Virus record (IMG/VR): IMGVR_UViG_3300032007_000001
Source of the DNA: a virus
Taxonomy: Duplodnaviria > Caudoviricetes
Direction: 5' to 3' (one strand)
DNA length: 64,000 nt
The translations under genes and the position numbers were made by a program. Under the pieces are notes generated by a model that saw nothing but the letters and a program-made list of their open reading frames with translations, was not told where the DNA came from and did no database searches. Positions 55,431 to 64,000 of this stretch are shown here, in pieces; the first letter of the stretch is position 1; each line of letters begins with the position of its first letter.

Positions 55431-57500
55431 TTATACCCCCATATATGGCACATCCACAGCTGGATTAAGTGGGTACATTGGCGTTAAATTACCTTCATCT
55501 GTTGTTTGCCACAATTCATTATCAAACTCACCTTTGCACGGCATAAAATCACCATATACATCCATTTCCCACATGGCGTCATGCGCTCTCGCAGCATCAA
55601 CAGGTATAAGATTTCTGCCAGCATCAAGTTCCCATGTCTTATTTTCTATAGTATATACATAATCTATATCGGAATCTTCTGGCCTAAACACCATCTTATT
55701 TCCAGCAACATAACCAACTTTTTTAAGTACCAAATCTTCTTCATATGGACGTTCAAATAATACTTCGCCATTTTGTCCAACATAACATGGGCATCCATCG
55801 TGAGAATCATCTGGTAAAATATAAGTACCATAAGTTAAGACTGTAACGTTGTTATCAAAATCCGTATTCGTAAGCGATAATGCAAGATTAGCACAAAGAA
55901 CTTCATTTCTATTATCTGCCAATCTATATGAACTGCCATTATATGTAAGAAGTTGCATTGGTTCACAAGATTGTTCGCTAAACACTTTACCAGTATGCAT
56001 TGTATCTGTATCTAAACCAGCTATAATGCGTTTCATTTCATTTAATTCTGATAAAAGAGCTTCAATTTGCGGAGTATATCCAACCGTACCTTCGCCGCTA
56101 ACTTCTTCTATCCAAAGTTTACCGCCTGGAACCAATAATTCTTCCGTTGCATTTATTTTTTTAGCTTCTAAGCCTTTGGCAGTTAAATTACCAGATTTTA
56201 CTCTTACATTTTCATTTACACCAATTGATTCATCATCAACACTTGTAACAAGTTTACCGTCCTTAAAAGAATTATCTCCAATAAGGAATTTTGTTGCGCG
56301 ACCTTGTTCATCAGATTCTGCATATTGGTGAGTGTGTCTTGCGAGTGAATCTGAAGTGACTAATTTACCACTACCAATATTACCATTGACATCTGTTTCA
56401 ATTTCTCTTCCAGCAGCCTCTTTGATATAAACACCATTGACGGTTTTATTTCTCATAGACTGTTCTGAAGAAACGTCTACAACTTCATTGAATTGAGAAT
56501 ATAATACTCCATCTTTTTCGAAAACAGCTTCATTTGAATATGTTTGTTGTTTCGTCCCTTGATTAAGAGTACCAACCAATAAAATTTTCTCATTTGTTTG
56601 TTCATTATTGATTGTTTTATTAACAATATCTGAATCAAGAGTTATTTGTACTTCTCTATTGGCTATTTTTGTTATCAAACCGGAACGAGAAACTGTAAAT
56701 TCTGGAACATAGAAAATTTCGCCAGGTTTAACAACCAAATCCATACCAGGACCATATGTTCCTGTTGGTACAGAACCATCTTCATTTGGAGTAATTGTAG
56801 CATTAATCTTTAAGTCTTCACTACCATCAAATTTAGCTGTACCAGTAACATCACCATATAATGTAACGTTTACTTTTTCAGTTAGTTTTCTTGCTGTTTT
56901 TGCATCACCATCTAATCTACCCTTAAACGTTGATGCCTGCAGTGTAGACTGGTCAACAGTTACACTCGTATTATATTTGAGTTTTGTTGGGTCTACATCA
57001 TCAACACCAACAAGAGAAATTTTTGTAGTAAAAACATTTTGTGTGTCTACAGACGTTGCTGCTCCGCCTTCTATAGTACTACCAGCAAATTTGTAATTTC
57101 TATTTTCAAAAGCTTGTTGTAATGCATTAAGTTTATTTAATAAAACTGTAAATTCATTATTGTCATGTCGTTCATCATTTTCTACAGTATCTTCTAAATT
57201 CTGTAATGATTCAGATAATGAATTTAATGTTGCTCTTATTTCACTAATATCAGCTAAATTCTCATCTTTATGATTATCTACATCATTTTTAATAGAATCT
57301 ACAAAACTAGAAAGAGCTCTCAATTCGTTTTTCAAATATAATGTACGATTTGATAATTGTTCATGAGGAACGTTGCTGAAACCATGTTCTCCACCATGAA
57401 CATAATCTTCTTCAGTTATTTCATAGATTCTATCTACCCATTCAGCAATTTCTTCTATATAAGAATCTGGACTGAGTAAATCAGCAGAAGTAACCGCCAT
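55431..57500 (-). CDS. Tail fibre/baseplate fibre protein (paralog of 58370..60340)
   Basis: EQLSNRTLYLK P2-type fibre N-terminus; L.GDVTG.A.FDGS.D; HTH.YA; PGGK.WIE; Trp repeats at C-terminus. Confidence 0.75.
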   Translation of the reverse strand: MAVTSADLLSPDSYIEEIAEWVDRIYEITEEDYVHGGEHGFSNVPHEQLSNRTLYLKNELRALSSFVDSIKNDVDNHKDENLADISEIRATLNSLSESLQNLEDTVENDERHDNNEFTVLLNKLNALQQAFENRNYKFAGSTIEGGAATSVDTQNVFTTKISLVGVDDVDPTKLKYNTSVTVDQSTLQASTFKGRLDGDAKTARKLTEKVNVTLYGDVTGTAKFDGSEDLKINATITPNEDGSVPTGTYGPGMDLVVKPGEIFYVPEFTVSRSGLITKIANREVQITLDSDIVNKTINNEQTNEKILLVGTLNQGTKQQTYSNEAVFEKDGVLYSQFNEVVDVSSEQSMRNKTVNGVYIKEAAGREIETDVNGNIGSGKLVTSDSLARHTHQYAESDEQGRATKFLIGDNSFKDGKLVTSVDDESIGVNENVRVKSGNLTAKGLEAKKINATEELLVPGGKLWIEEVSGEGTVGYTPQIEALLSELNEMKRIIAGLDTDTMHTGKVFSEQSCEPMQLLTYNGSSYRLADNRNEVLCANLALSLTNTDFDNNVTVLTYGTYILPDDSHDGCPCYVGQNGEVLFERPYEEDLVLKKVGYVAGNKMVFRPEDSDIDYVYTIENKTWELDAGRNLIPVDAARAHDAMWEMDVYGDFMPCKGEFDNELWQTTDEGNLTPMYPLNPAVDVPYMGV

Positions 57501-57521
57501 AACTTTTTCACCTACCTACTA

Positions 57522-58340
57522 TTAAAAAGAAATTGGTGATTCCAATAAGAAATAATTATATGCCAAATTCTTTTTATCTAGATAATTTTTCTTTACAAAA
57601 TTCACATATACAATTTTTTGAGAATATTTTCCAACACTATATATATAATGTTCATCTTTGTCATATAAAAAGTAATTATCACTTATTAAAAGCGAACGAT
57701 AATTTCCTTTTTTATCATTTAATCTTTCTACATCATAACCAATTATCATAAAATTTTTAACTAATTCATCACTATAACTTAATGATTTGAATTCATTTTC
57801 AAACTTAAATAAATATTCTTTTCCAGGAATCATTTTTATTACCATTGAACGTGATTTAAGATTATCTTTTTTAACAATTTTATCTGAATAACCATTATAA
57901 TATGTCGTTAAATTATAATCATTAAAACAAACACTAACATTCAATCCAGTTATAAAAATTTTTGTTAATCCTGAAATTGTTGAAGGAGCCTTAAAAATTA
58001 TTCCTTCATCAATTATTCTTACTCTGAAAGTACCAAACAATCCAACCAAAAGATTATACAATTCTTCATAAGAATCCAATGGAATCAACAAATTCCCACC
58101 AGGAAAATATTTATTTATTACGTTAATTGGCAAAGATGTACAAACTTGGTATTCATCATTATTTATTTTACAATGAAGAGAAGAATCATATTCATCGCTT
58201 ATATAATCCAATGGAACATATCCAACTTCTTCACCATCATTTACGCCAAGACATTTATTTATTAAAAAATGATTTTTTGAAGAATATGCTTTACAATCAA
58301 CACGTTCTCCATTTTTTTCATTATAAAGTTTTACTATCAT
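57522..58340 (-). CDS. Fibre-partner protein (paralog of 54576..55427)
   Basis: Same motifs as paralog; GAGGTG RBS. Confidence 0.6.
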   Translation of the reverse strand: MIVKLYNEKNGERVDCKAYSSKNHFLINKCLGVNDGEEVGYVPLDYISDEYDSSLHCKINNDEYQVCTSLPINVINKYFPGGNLLIPLDSYEELYNLLVGLFGTFRVRIIDEGIIFKAPSTISGLTKIFITGLNVSVCFNDYNLTTYYNGYSDKIVKKDNLKSRSMVIKMIPGKEYLFKFENEFKSLSYSDELVKNFMIIGYDVERLNDKKGNYRSLLISDNYFLYDKDEHYIYSVGKYSQKIVYVNFVKKNYLDKKNLAYNYFLLESPISF

Positions 58341-58369
58341 CTACAATTCACCTCAACTGTAGATGTCTA

Positions 58370-60340
58370 TTAAGGATTTGATGGCGTATCTTCGACAATG
58401 TTTTCTTGAGTTGGCATAACATGCATAAATTCATCCATCTCCCAGAAATCGCTATAAGTACAATATGTACTCGGCATAACATCGCCTTCTTCATCCAAAT
58501 CCCACATACTATCTGCAAGTGGTTCTTCTTTTACAGTATAATTAAGTAAATTATCATATTCCCAAACGCAGTTTGTATGGTCAGGATAAAGAACATGTCT
58601 AAGACCACTATCTAACTCATCTAATTTTTCTCCGCAACCATCATCAAATGGCATAAATATAAGATAATTATTTCTTACATAACCAATTTTTTTGACAATG
58701 ATATTTTTATCCATTGGCTTACCATATATGATGTCACCATCTTTACCAACATAAGCGTCTGCGCCATCAAAATATGTTTCGCCAAGATTGTATGTACCAA
58801 ATATCATAACTTTAGCAAGCTTTGTTTCTTCATCGCTATCTTCCAAAGCAATAGCTAAATTTTTAGCATAATTTCTTGATACATTTGTTGCTAATTGATA
58901 ACCACCAGATTTATATGTAAGAAGTTGCCCTTCTTTACATCCATTTTTAGTATTTACATGTTCTAACGTTGACCTCTGGATAAAATCATCTGGATTTAAG
59001 AAATCAGTTGGGAACATATTTCCGCCAGAATCATCACTTGGAGAAAGGTTCTCAATCCAAATTTTACCACCAGGGATATACATATCATCTGTTGCATCCA
59101 ATGCTTTAGCAACTAATTTTTCATCTTTAACATAAGGGCTTGAAGAATATAATTTGTTATCTTTCTCTAATGATAATTTATATTCTTCGGAATCTTCTAT
59201 TTCAGAAACATCGATACCAATAGCATTTCCGCCAGATTCTGTTGAACCAGCATAATTATGTGTATGTTTGGCAACTGCATCTGACGTAATCAATGCATCA
59301 CTACCAATCGTACCACCAATTGTTTTATCAACACTATATTCTGATGCTTCTCCCAATTCGTAACCATTAATTGTCTTATTTGTTAATTCTTGTCTTTCTG
59401 TTAAGGTAACAACCTCGTCATTATTTGAATATAATTTATTATTTTTAGCATAAACACCAGATTGACTATATGTTGATGCATATCTGTTCTGTGAATCTGC
59501 ACCTATAACATATATTTTTCTAGCATCCTGTTGTGCTGAAATTGTATTGTTTGTACCAAGGTTGTTTGGCAAATGAACAACTCTATTTTGAATCTTTGTG
59601 ATAACACCAGATGAATTAACAGTGATATTAGGAATAATAATACTTCCATCTAATGAAAGAGTCGAATTGGAAAGTTCACCATAATCACCAGGCGAAACAT
59701 TTACTTGTTCTCTTAATGTCGTCGATAAAGTTAAATCTTTATCTCCAGTCAACGTAGCAGAACCAAGAACATCACCAGTAAGTTTAACGTTCGGACTATG
59801 AGAAAGAGTTTTAGCAGCAGAAGCTTCACCTTCTAAATCGCCAACAAAAGTTTCTGCATATAAATTTCCTTCTTCTGCATATATCCTCGAATTTCTTTTT
59901 ACATTTGTTAAATGAGAAGAATCTGTACCAAGCATTGACAAACGATTTACTTGGTCTTCTGTTATTGAAACCTCACCAGCCGGTCCACCTGGTTTTGAAG
60001 AACCGGCATATGTATGAGTATGATTTTTTAATGTATTTTCAAGTTCCGCAACATCATTCAATAATTTTTGAACAGCTCTAACGACATCATCTGATGTAGA
60101 TATTTCATGAGAACTTCCATCACCAATAACAGCTCTAATTTGATTAATTCTTTGCGATAATTCGTCTATTTTAACATCTTGTTCATCTTTTAATGTGCCA
60201 AGATAATTTGTCAAATCATTCAAAGCATTATTCAAATATCTTGTTCTATTCGCTAATTGAAGATTGGCTTCATCATTAGCTGCATCAACTTTTGATATTG
60301 CTGGTGAGTATGTATTATTTTCTACTAAATATCCTGCCAT
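58370..60340 (-). CDS. Tail fibre/baseplate fibre protein (paralog of 55431..57500)
   Basis: QLANRTRYL; HTH.YAGS...GG.A twice; LTGDVLGSA; ITV..SG.IT.I; Trp repeats. Confidence 0.75.
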   Translation of the reverse strand: MAGYLVENNTYSPAISKVDAANDEANLQLANRTRYLNNALNDLTNYLGTLKDEQDVKIDELSQRINQIRAVIGDGSSHEISTSDDVVRAVQKLLNDVAELENTLKNHTHTYAGSSKPGGPAGEVSITEDQVNRLSMLGTDSSHLTNVKRNSRIYAEEGNLYAETFVGDLEGEASAAKTLSHSPNVKLTGDVLGSATLTGDKDLTLSTTLREQVNVSPGDYGELSNSTLSLDGSIIIPNITVNSSGVITKIQNRVVHLPNNLGTNNTISAQQDARKIYVIGADSQNRYASTYSQSGVYAKNNKLYSNNDEVVTLTERQELTNKTINGYELGEASEYSVDKTIGGTIGSDALITSDAVAKHTHNYAGSTESGGNAIGIDVSEIEDSEEYKLSLEKDNKLYSSSPYVKDEKLVAKALDATDDMYIPGGKIWIENLSPSDDSGGNMFPTDFLNPDDFIQRSTLEHVNTKNGCKEGQLLTYKSGGYQLATNVSRNYAKNLAIALEDSDEETKLAKVMIFGTYNLGETYFDGADAYVGKDGDIIYGKPMDKNIIVKKIGYVRNNYLIFMPFDDGCGEKLDELDSGLRHVLYPDHTNCVWEYDNLLNYTVKEEPLADSMWDLDEEGDVMPSTYCTYSDFWEMDEFMHVMPTQENIVEDTPSNP

Positions 60341-62298
60341 TAATTCTCACCTGCCTTTATTTCTATATCTTCGAAATCTCCTTCCTCATAAGGATTTATC
60401 TTTACATTCATGTAATAAACACGTACTGGAACGTAACGATGTTTTCCATCGTGTCTTATTTTTTTATTATACAAATTCTTATTTTTAAGAATTAATTCTT
60501 CTGTGAACGTAAAATTATCAGTTTTTGTATCTCTAACATTATGAGGAATAATACAAATATTATCCAAAAATGCACAAGTCCAATCTATGGTTGCATGTTT
60601 CATAACTTCCCATCTTATTATAACATAATCTTGGTCAACATATGTTTTTTCAAAATGTCTCCAATTAAAATCAACATCTTTGACCTTGTGATTTAATTTG
60701 AAATTATAAAACATATTTAATCTATCTTCATGATTTTTTGCTATATATTTATAATCATAAGAAAGTGTAAAACACTCTGGCATTTCTGTATCATGAATCA
60801 ATAATACGCTAACATCATGATGTTTTAGATGGTCTGATACCCAAACAACACCTCTATCATTCGGTAAATGAATTTCTCGTTTGGTTTTCAAATCGTATTT
60901 ATAAAAATCATTATGTTGATGCCATAGATTGATATCATAGAAATCTTCTTTATTTCTATAGTATTTTTTTCCGCCATAATTTGGGCCAATCATTGATATA
61001 TTTTGATATTCTAAACGTATATCTTCATCGTAATATTCATAAACCGGAAATACGCCAAATACCCATTTAGAATTACTTGCCAATCTTTCTATATCAATCA
61101 TATATTCTTCTACAGCTTTTATTGGTTTTATAGTCAAAACCTTGTAAGTATTATCGTTTAATGTATCGTAAATATACTTATCATCTTGCTTAAAATAAAT
61201 TTTTATTTCTTTTATTCTTATTGGCAATTTAATCTTAAATTCTATATGCATAGAACGTTTTCCAGGAGTAAACGTTAAATCGTAAATATTGTCTTCATAA
61301 AAATTACGATATTTTATCATCCTGACTTCACATTCTCTATTCCAAAAATACAAATCTGGATAATTCAAATGGTCGTCGGTTCCATCTTTTTTGAAAACTC
61401 TAGAACGTATATATGGCTTTAAGAAATATCTTCTATCATCTGGAAAAACAAATCTATCGTTTTCATCAAACGTTAAATCTTCGTGCCAATATGAAATTGA
61501 TGGAACGTGGTCATGATTTAACTTAAAATAAACTTTTCCAAAATTATCATCATCAACGTCATATTTAGCATACATATATTCATGTTTATTAAAATCTTCA
61601 TCCAAATATCTATGTATACGATATTCAAATTCTATTGTTTTTGGAGTGTGGTCTAATGAAGGAACCAAGAAACTTTTTTGTGATGTTCCTATAACCTCGT
61701 CCAATTCATTCATAAATGCTATTAAATATGTATATACTCTACCATCATCCAAATCATCATCAACTAATGACAATTTTTGTGTTTCTTTTAAGACATTAAA
61801 TTCTGTAATATCACTCTTTTTATAAATCCTAAAATAATGTCCAAACTTGTAATCTATATCTGTCCAAGATAATGTATGTGTTTCAAAATCATAATTTATA
61901 TATGAAGAAAGTTCAGACATAAAATGAGTATCATAAATATCATGTTTTCTTGAACCACATTCTTTGCACCAGCGACCAAACACTAATGTTGGAGCCATTG
62001 CATTATATGTGTTATACGTTACATCTTTGTTCCCTATTGTGTTCAAAGCTTTGTTTTGTATATCATCATTATAACTTTTATAATTCATCAAAGATTTATA
62101 TTTTCCGATATAATGATTTGATTCCAATACATCAACTAAATTATACCCATTTACGAGTAATTGTTCTAATTGTTTTATTTGTTTTTGGTCGTCTATACTA
62201 GACAAAGCCTTAAATTGTTCATCCAAAACCTGACAAATTTTACATTTTGGATTGGATTCATATTTATTATCAGTTATTTTGAAAACATATTTAGACAA
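60340..62298 (-). CDS. Baseplate/tail protein with FnIII-like domains
   Basis: TLSWTD...YFRIYK...D.DL..GRVYTY FnIII; CKIC/CKECG; C-terminal YNKKIRHDGKHRY; TTG start after GGAGGG. Confidence 0.5.
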   Translation of the reverse strand: MSKYVFKITDNKYESNPKCKICQVLDEQFKALSSIDDQKQIKQLEQLLVNGYNLVDVLESNHYIGKYKSLMNYKSYNDDIQNKALNTIGNKDVTYNTYNAMAPTLVFGRWCKECGSRKHDIYDTHFMSELSSYINYDFETHTLSWTDIDYKFGHYFRIYKKSDITEFNVLKETQKLSLVDDDLDDGRVYTYLIAFMNELDEVIGTSQKSFLVPSLDHTPKTIEFEYRIHRYLDEDFNKHEYMYAKYDVDDDNFGKVYFKLNHDHVPSISYWHEDLTFDENDRFVFPDDRRYFLKPYIRSRVFKKDGTDDHLNYPDLYFWNRECEVRMIKYRNFYEDNIYDLTFTPGKRSMHIEFKIKLPIRIKEIKIYFKQDDKYIYDTLNDNTYKVLTIKPIKAVEEYMIDIERLASNSKWVFGVFPVYEYYDEDIRLEYQNISMIGPNYGGKKYYRNKEDFYDINLWHQHNDFYKYDLKTKREIHLPNDRGVVWVSDHLKHHDVSVLLIHDTEMPECFTLSYDYKYIAKNHEDRLNMFYNFKLNHKVKDVDFNWRHFEKTYVDQDYVIIRWEVMKHATIDWTCAFLDNICIIPHNVRDTKTDNFTFTEELILKNKNLYNKKIRHDGKHRYVPVRVYYMNVKINPYEEGDFEDIEIKAGEN

Positions 62299-62369
62299 AG
62301 CTGAACCCTCCTTCTTTAAATAAAATAAAATTGGTGTAAAAAAAAAGACTAAACATTTATAATCAAATT

Positions 62370-62399
62370 AAAAACCGATGGAAAATATCCATCGGTTTT
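62370..62399 (-). terminator. Intrinsic terminator
   Basis: AAAAACCGATGGA / TCCATCGGTTTT. Confidence 0.8.
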
Positions 62400-62402
62400 A
62401 TT

Positions 62403-62753
62403 TTATAAGATTCTTATTGTATCGTTATGAAAATTAATAGCAAAATATCTTAATCGTTCATAATAAAAATCATAATAACAATCGTTTCTCAAAAAATCAA
62501 TTAAATTAAACATTTCTTGCCGTATCATATAATCATTGTTTTCTTCAAATCTCCCAATTATTTTATCTTTTAAGTCATCAACAAAATCAAATAAAATATC
62601 TGTAATAAAATCTATTTCATCATAATCTTCTTCATTTTCTAAACCATCTAATGCGAAATGAAGTTCGTGATTTTTTATATACATTTTTGCACTAAATTCT
62701 ATTCTTTTAGGAGTTTTTGTAATGACTTCAAAATTCATTATTTGTTCTATCAT
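62403..62753 (-). CDS. Acidic hypothetical protein
   Basis: 116 aa, ATGA-coupled. Confidence 0.65.
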   Translation of the reverse strand: MIEQIMNFEVITKTPKRIEFSAKMYIKNHELHFALDGLENEEDYDEIDFITDILFDFVDDLKDKIIGRFEENNDYMIRQEMFNLIDFLRNDCYYDFYYERLRYFAINFHNDTIRIL

Positions 62754-63349
62754 TCATCTTCATCCCAAATTGTATAAACTTCATATTGTTTTTTATCAAA
62801 TTTATGTCTTTCTTCTACGTCATCGCCATCATCTGATATAATCAGAATCGATTTTTTATTAAATAAAAATCTTTTTACATTCTCTGGAGATTCAAACAAT
62901 CTCATAACACCAGCATTTTCGGACCAACTGGATTGATGGTCTATCATTGCTTTTTCAGATTTAATTATTCCTTCCATATAAGAAAATTCCAAATGAGAAT
63001 TTGTATGTTCAAAATACACATCATCCAATATTGATGTCCATTCTTGTTTTAATGATTGTTTTTGTTTATCGGTTAAATATGAAAATTCTTTTTCGACAAA
63101 ATCATTTAAGTCATTCCTATGTTCTTTTAATATGTATTTATCTTTATTCAAAGCCAAAATCGACAAAAAATTTAATTTATCATCAAACGACCTTAAAACT
63201 TCATAATGTCTTAAAAATTCCAATTCGCCTTTACGACCAACTATATATCTATTTTGTTGTGGAATATCTTCATCAAATTTATCTTTCTTGAATACAACCA
63301 AATAACTAGCAGAACTAGAATTTGTTACAAAATCAATTCTTTTTTTCAA
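62750..63349 (-). CDS. FVTNSSS-motif protein
   Basis: N-terminus MKKRIDFVTNSSSASY; internal IDHQS. Confidence 0.75.
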   Translation of the reverse strand: MKKRIDFVTNSSSASYLVVFKKDKFDEDIPQQNRYIVGRKGELEFLRHYEVLRSFDDKLNFLSILALNKDKYILKEHRNDLNDFVEKEFSYLTDKQKQSLKQEWTSILDDVYFEHTNSHLEFSYMEGIIKSEKAMIDHQSSWSENAGVMRLFESPENVKRFLFNKKSILIISDDGDDVEERHKFDKKQYEVYTIWDEDE

Positions 63350-63833
63350 TTTTCTTCAACTCACTTTCGAGAAAATCATGAAATTCTTTATATGTCTTAA
63401 ATTTTTCTTTTGCCAACTTAAAAATTTCATTATTTGATTTTCCAAGCAACACATTTTTATAATTGTTAATATCGTCAGAACTGCATTCTTTCATTTGACA
63501 AATTGGACACAGCTCACTTGGAAAAATATAATATATATCTTCGTCTTCGTTATCTGTATACCATTTATCTAATGTTTCTAATAATTGATTTTTCGTAACA
63601 TCTTTAAGTATTTGTTTTACTTCTTCACCTGAAACATCTTTTGATTTTAGATATTCTGTTACATCTTTGTTATTCAAATTGATATGTTCTGTGCAAAATA
63701 AATGTCCATTTTCACATTCTACAAATTCATATTCTCTAAAATCTACATCATATCCGCTTTCTTCTCTTCCGCAAATATTGCAAATATAGCTAGAAGAACT
63801 TGAATTTGTAACGAAATCTTTTCTGATTTTCAT
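63333..63833 (-). CDS. FVTNSSS-motif protein with Cys/His Zn ligands
   Basis: MKIRKDFVTNSSSSSYICNICG...CENGHLFC.EH...CPIC; AAGGAG RBS. Confidence 0.8.
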   Translation of the reverse strand: MKIRKDFVTNSSSSSYICNICGREESGYDVDFREYEFVECENGHLFCTEHINLNNKDVTEYLKSKDVSGEEVKQILKDVTKNQLLETLDKWYTDNEDEDIYYIFPSELCPICQMKECSSDDINNYKNVLLGKSNNEIFKLAKEKFKTYKEFHDFLESELKKIEKKN

Positions 63834-63845
63834 ATTTTCATCTCC

Positions 63846-64000
63846 TTACCATTCACTATCCAATAACTGGATTTTATCATTGTTTATTGAAAACACTTTT
63901 TGCATCATATCGGAAAACGCCTCATCATCATATGCAACGTCTTTTTGATAAATTTTCCAATTATTATTCAATAAATTTTTTATCTTTTCTTTTAATTTAT
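63846..64000 (-). CDS. 3' end of a gene truncated by the window edge
   Basis: Open frame ...KLKEKIKNLLNNNWKIYQKDVAYDDEAFSDMMQKVFSINNDKIQLLDSEW* with stop overlapping the next RBS. Confidence 0.6.
   Translation of the reverse strand, partial: KLKEKIKNLLNNNWKIYQKDVAYDDEAFSDMMQKVFSINNDKIQLLDSEW

Noticed and set aside
1-64000. Stop-codon reassignment (TAG/TGA recoding seen in some jumbo phages)
   Set aside because: Standard code gives full-length terminase, sheath, fibres and enzymes; TAA, TAG and TGA all end genes normally

Overview
A 64-kb segment of a large, AT-rich (by eye under 30% GC) tailed bacteriophage genome, probably a jumbo myovirus. Strong GGAGG/GAGGTG ribosome-binding sites, frequent TTG/GTG starts and sigmaA-type extended -10 promoters suggest a Bacillota (Firmicutes) host. 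Standard code 11 gives dense, long ORFs. Virion genes are scattered on both strands: tail sheath, two tail-tube paralogs, neck/adaptor-like proteins, many fibre-like proteins, a PAAR-like spike tip and the large terminase. They are interleaved with a phage sigma factor, M16 peptidase, DnaG-type primase core, PIN-PhoH, NadE, guanylate kinase, a radical SAM enzyme, an MmcB-like nuclease, a 2H phosphoesterase and many small unknown genes. Intrinsic terminators, often bidirectional, separate the units. Most notable: (i) unrelated proteins share an N-terminal M-K-[RH]-L-x-K-[KQ]-A-like leader, and a block of large head-like proteins is rich in x-[TVIL]-A-[S/x] sites; together these suggest a capsid-targeting plus Ala-specific maturation system for packaged cargo proteins; (ii) an 1163-aa protein has six winged-helix-like repeats; (iii) tandem genes share an MK.R.DFVTNSSS.SY start; (iv) C/U-rich anti-Shine-Dalgarno tracts end in terminators (candidate sRNAs); (v) a GC-rich, horizontally acquired tail fibre is followed by a truncated partner gene; (vi) adhesin and fibre modules are duplicated and shuffled. 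All family assignments come from motif recognition by eye, with no database searches.
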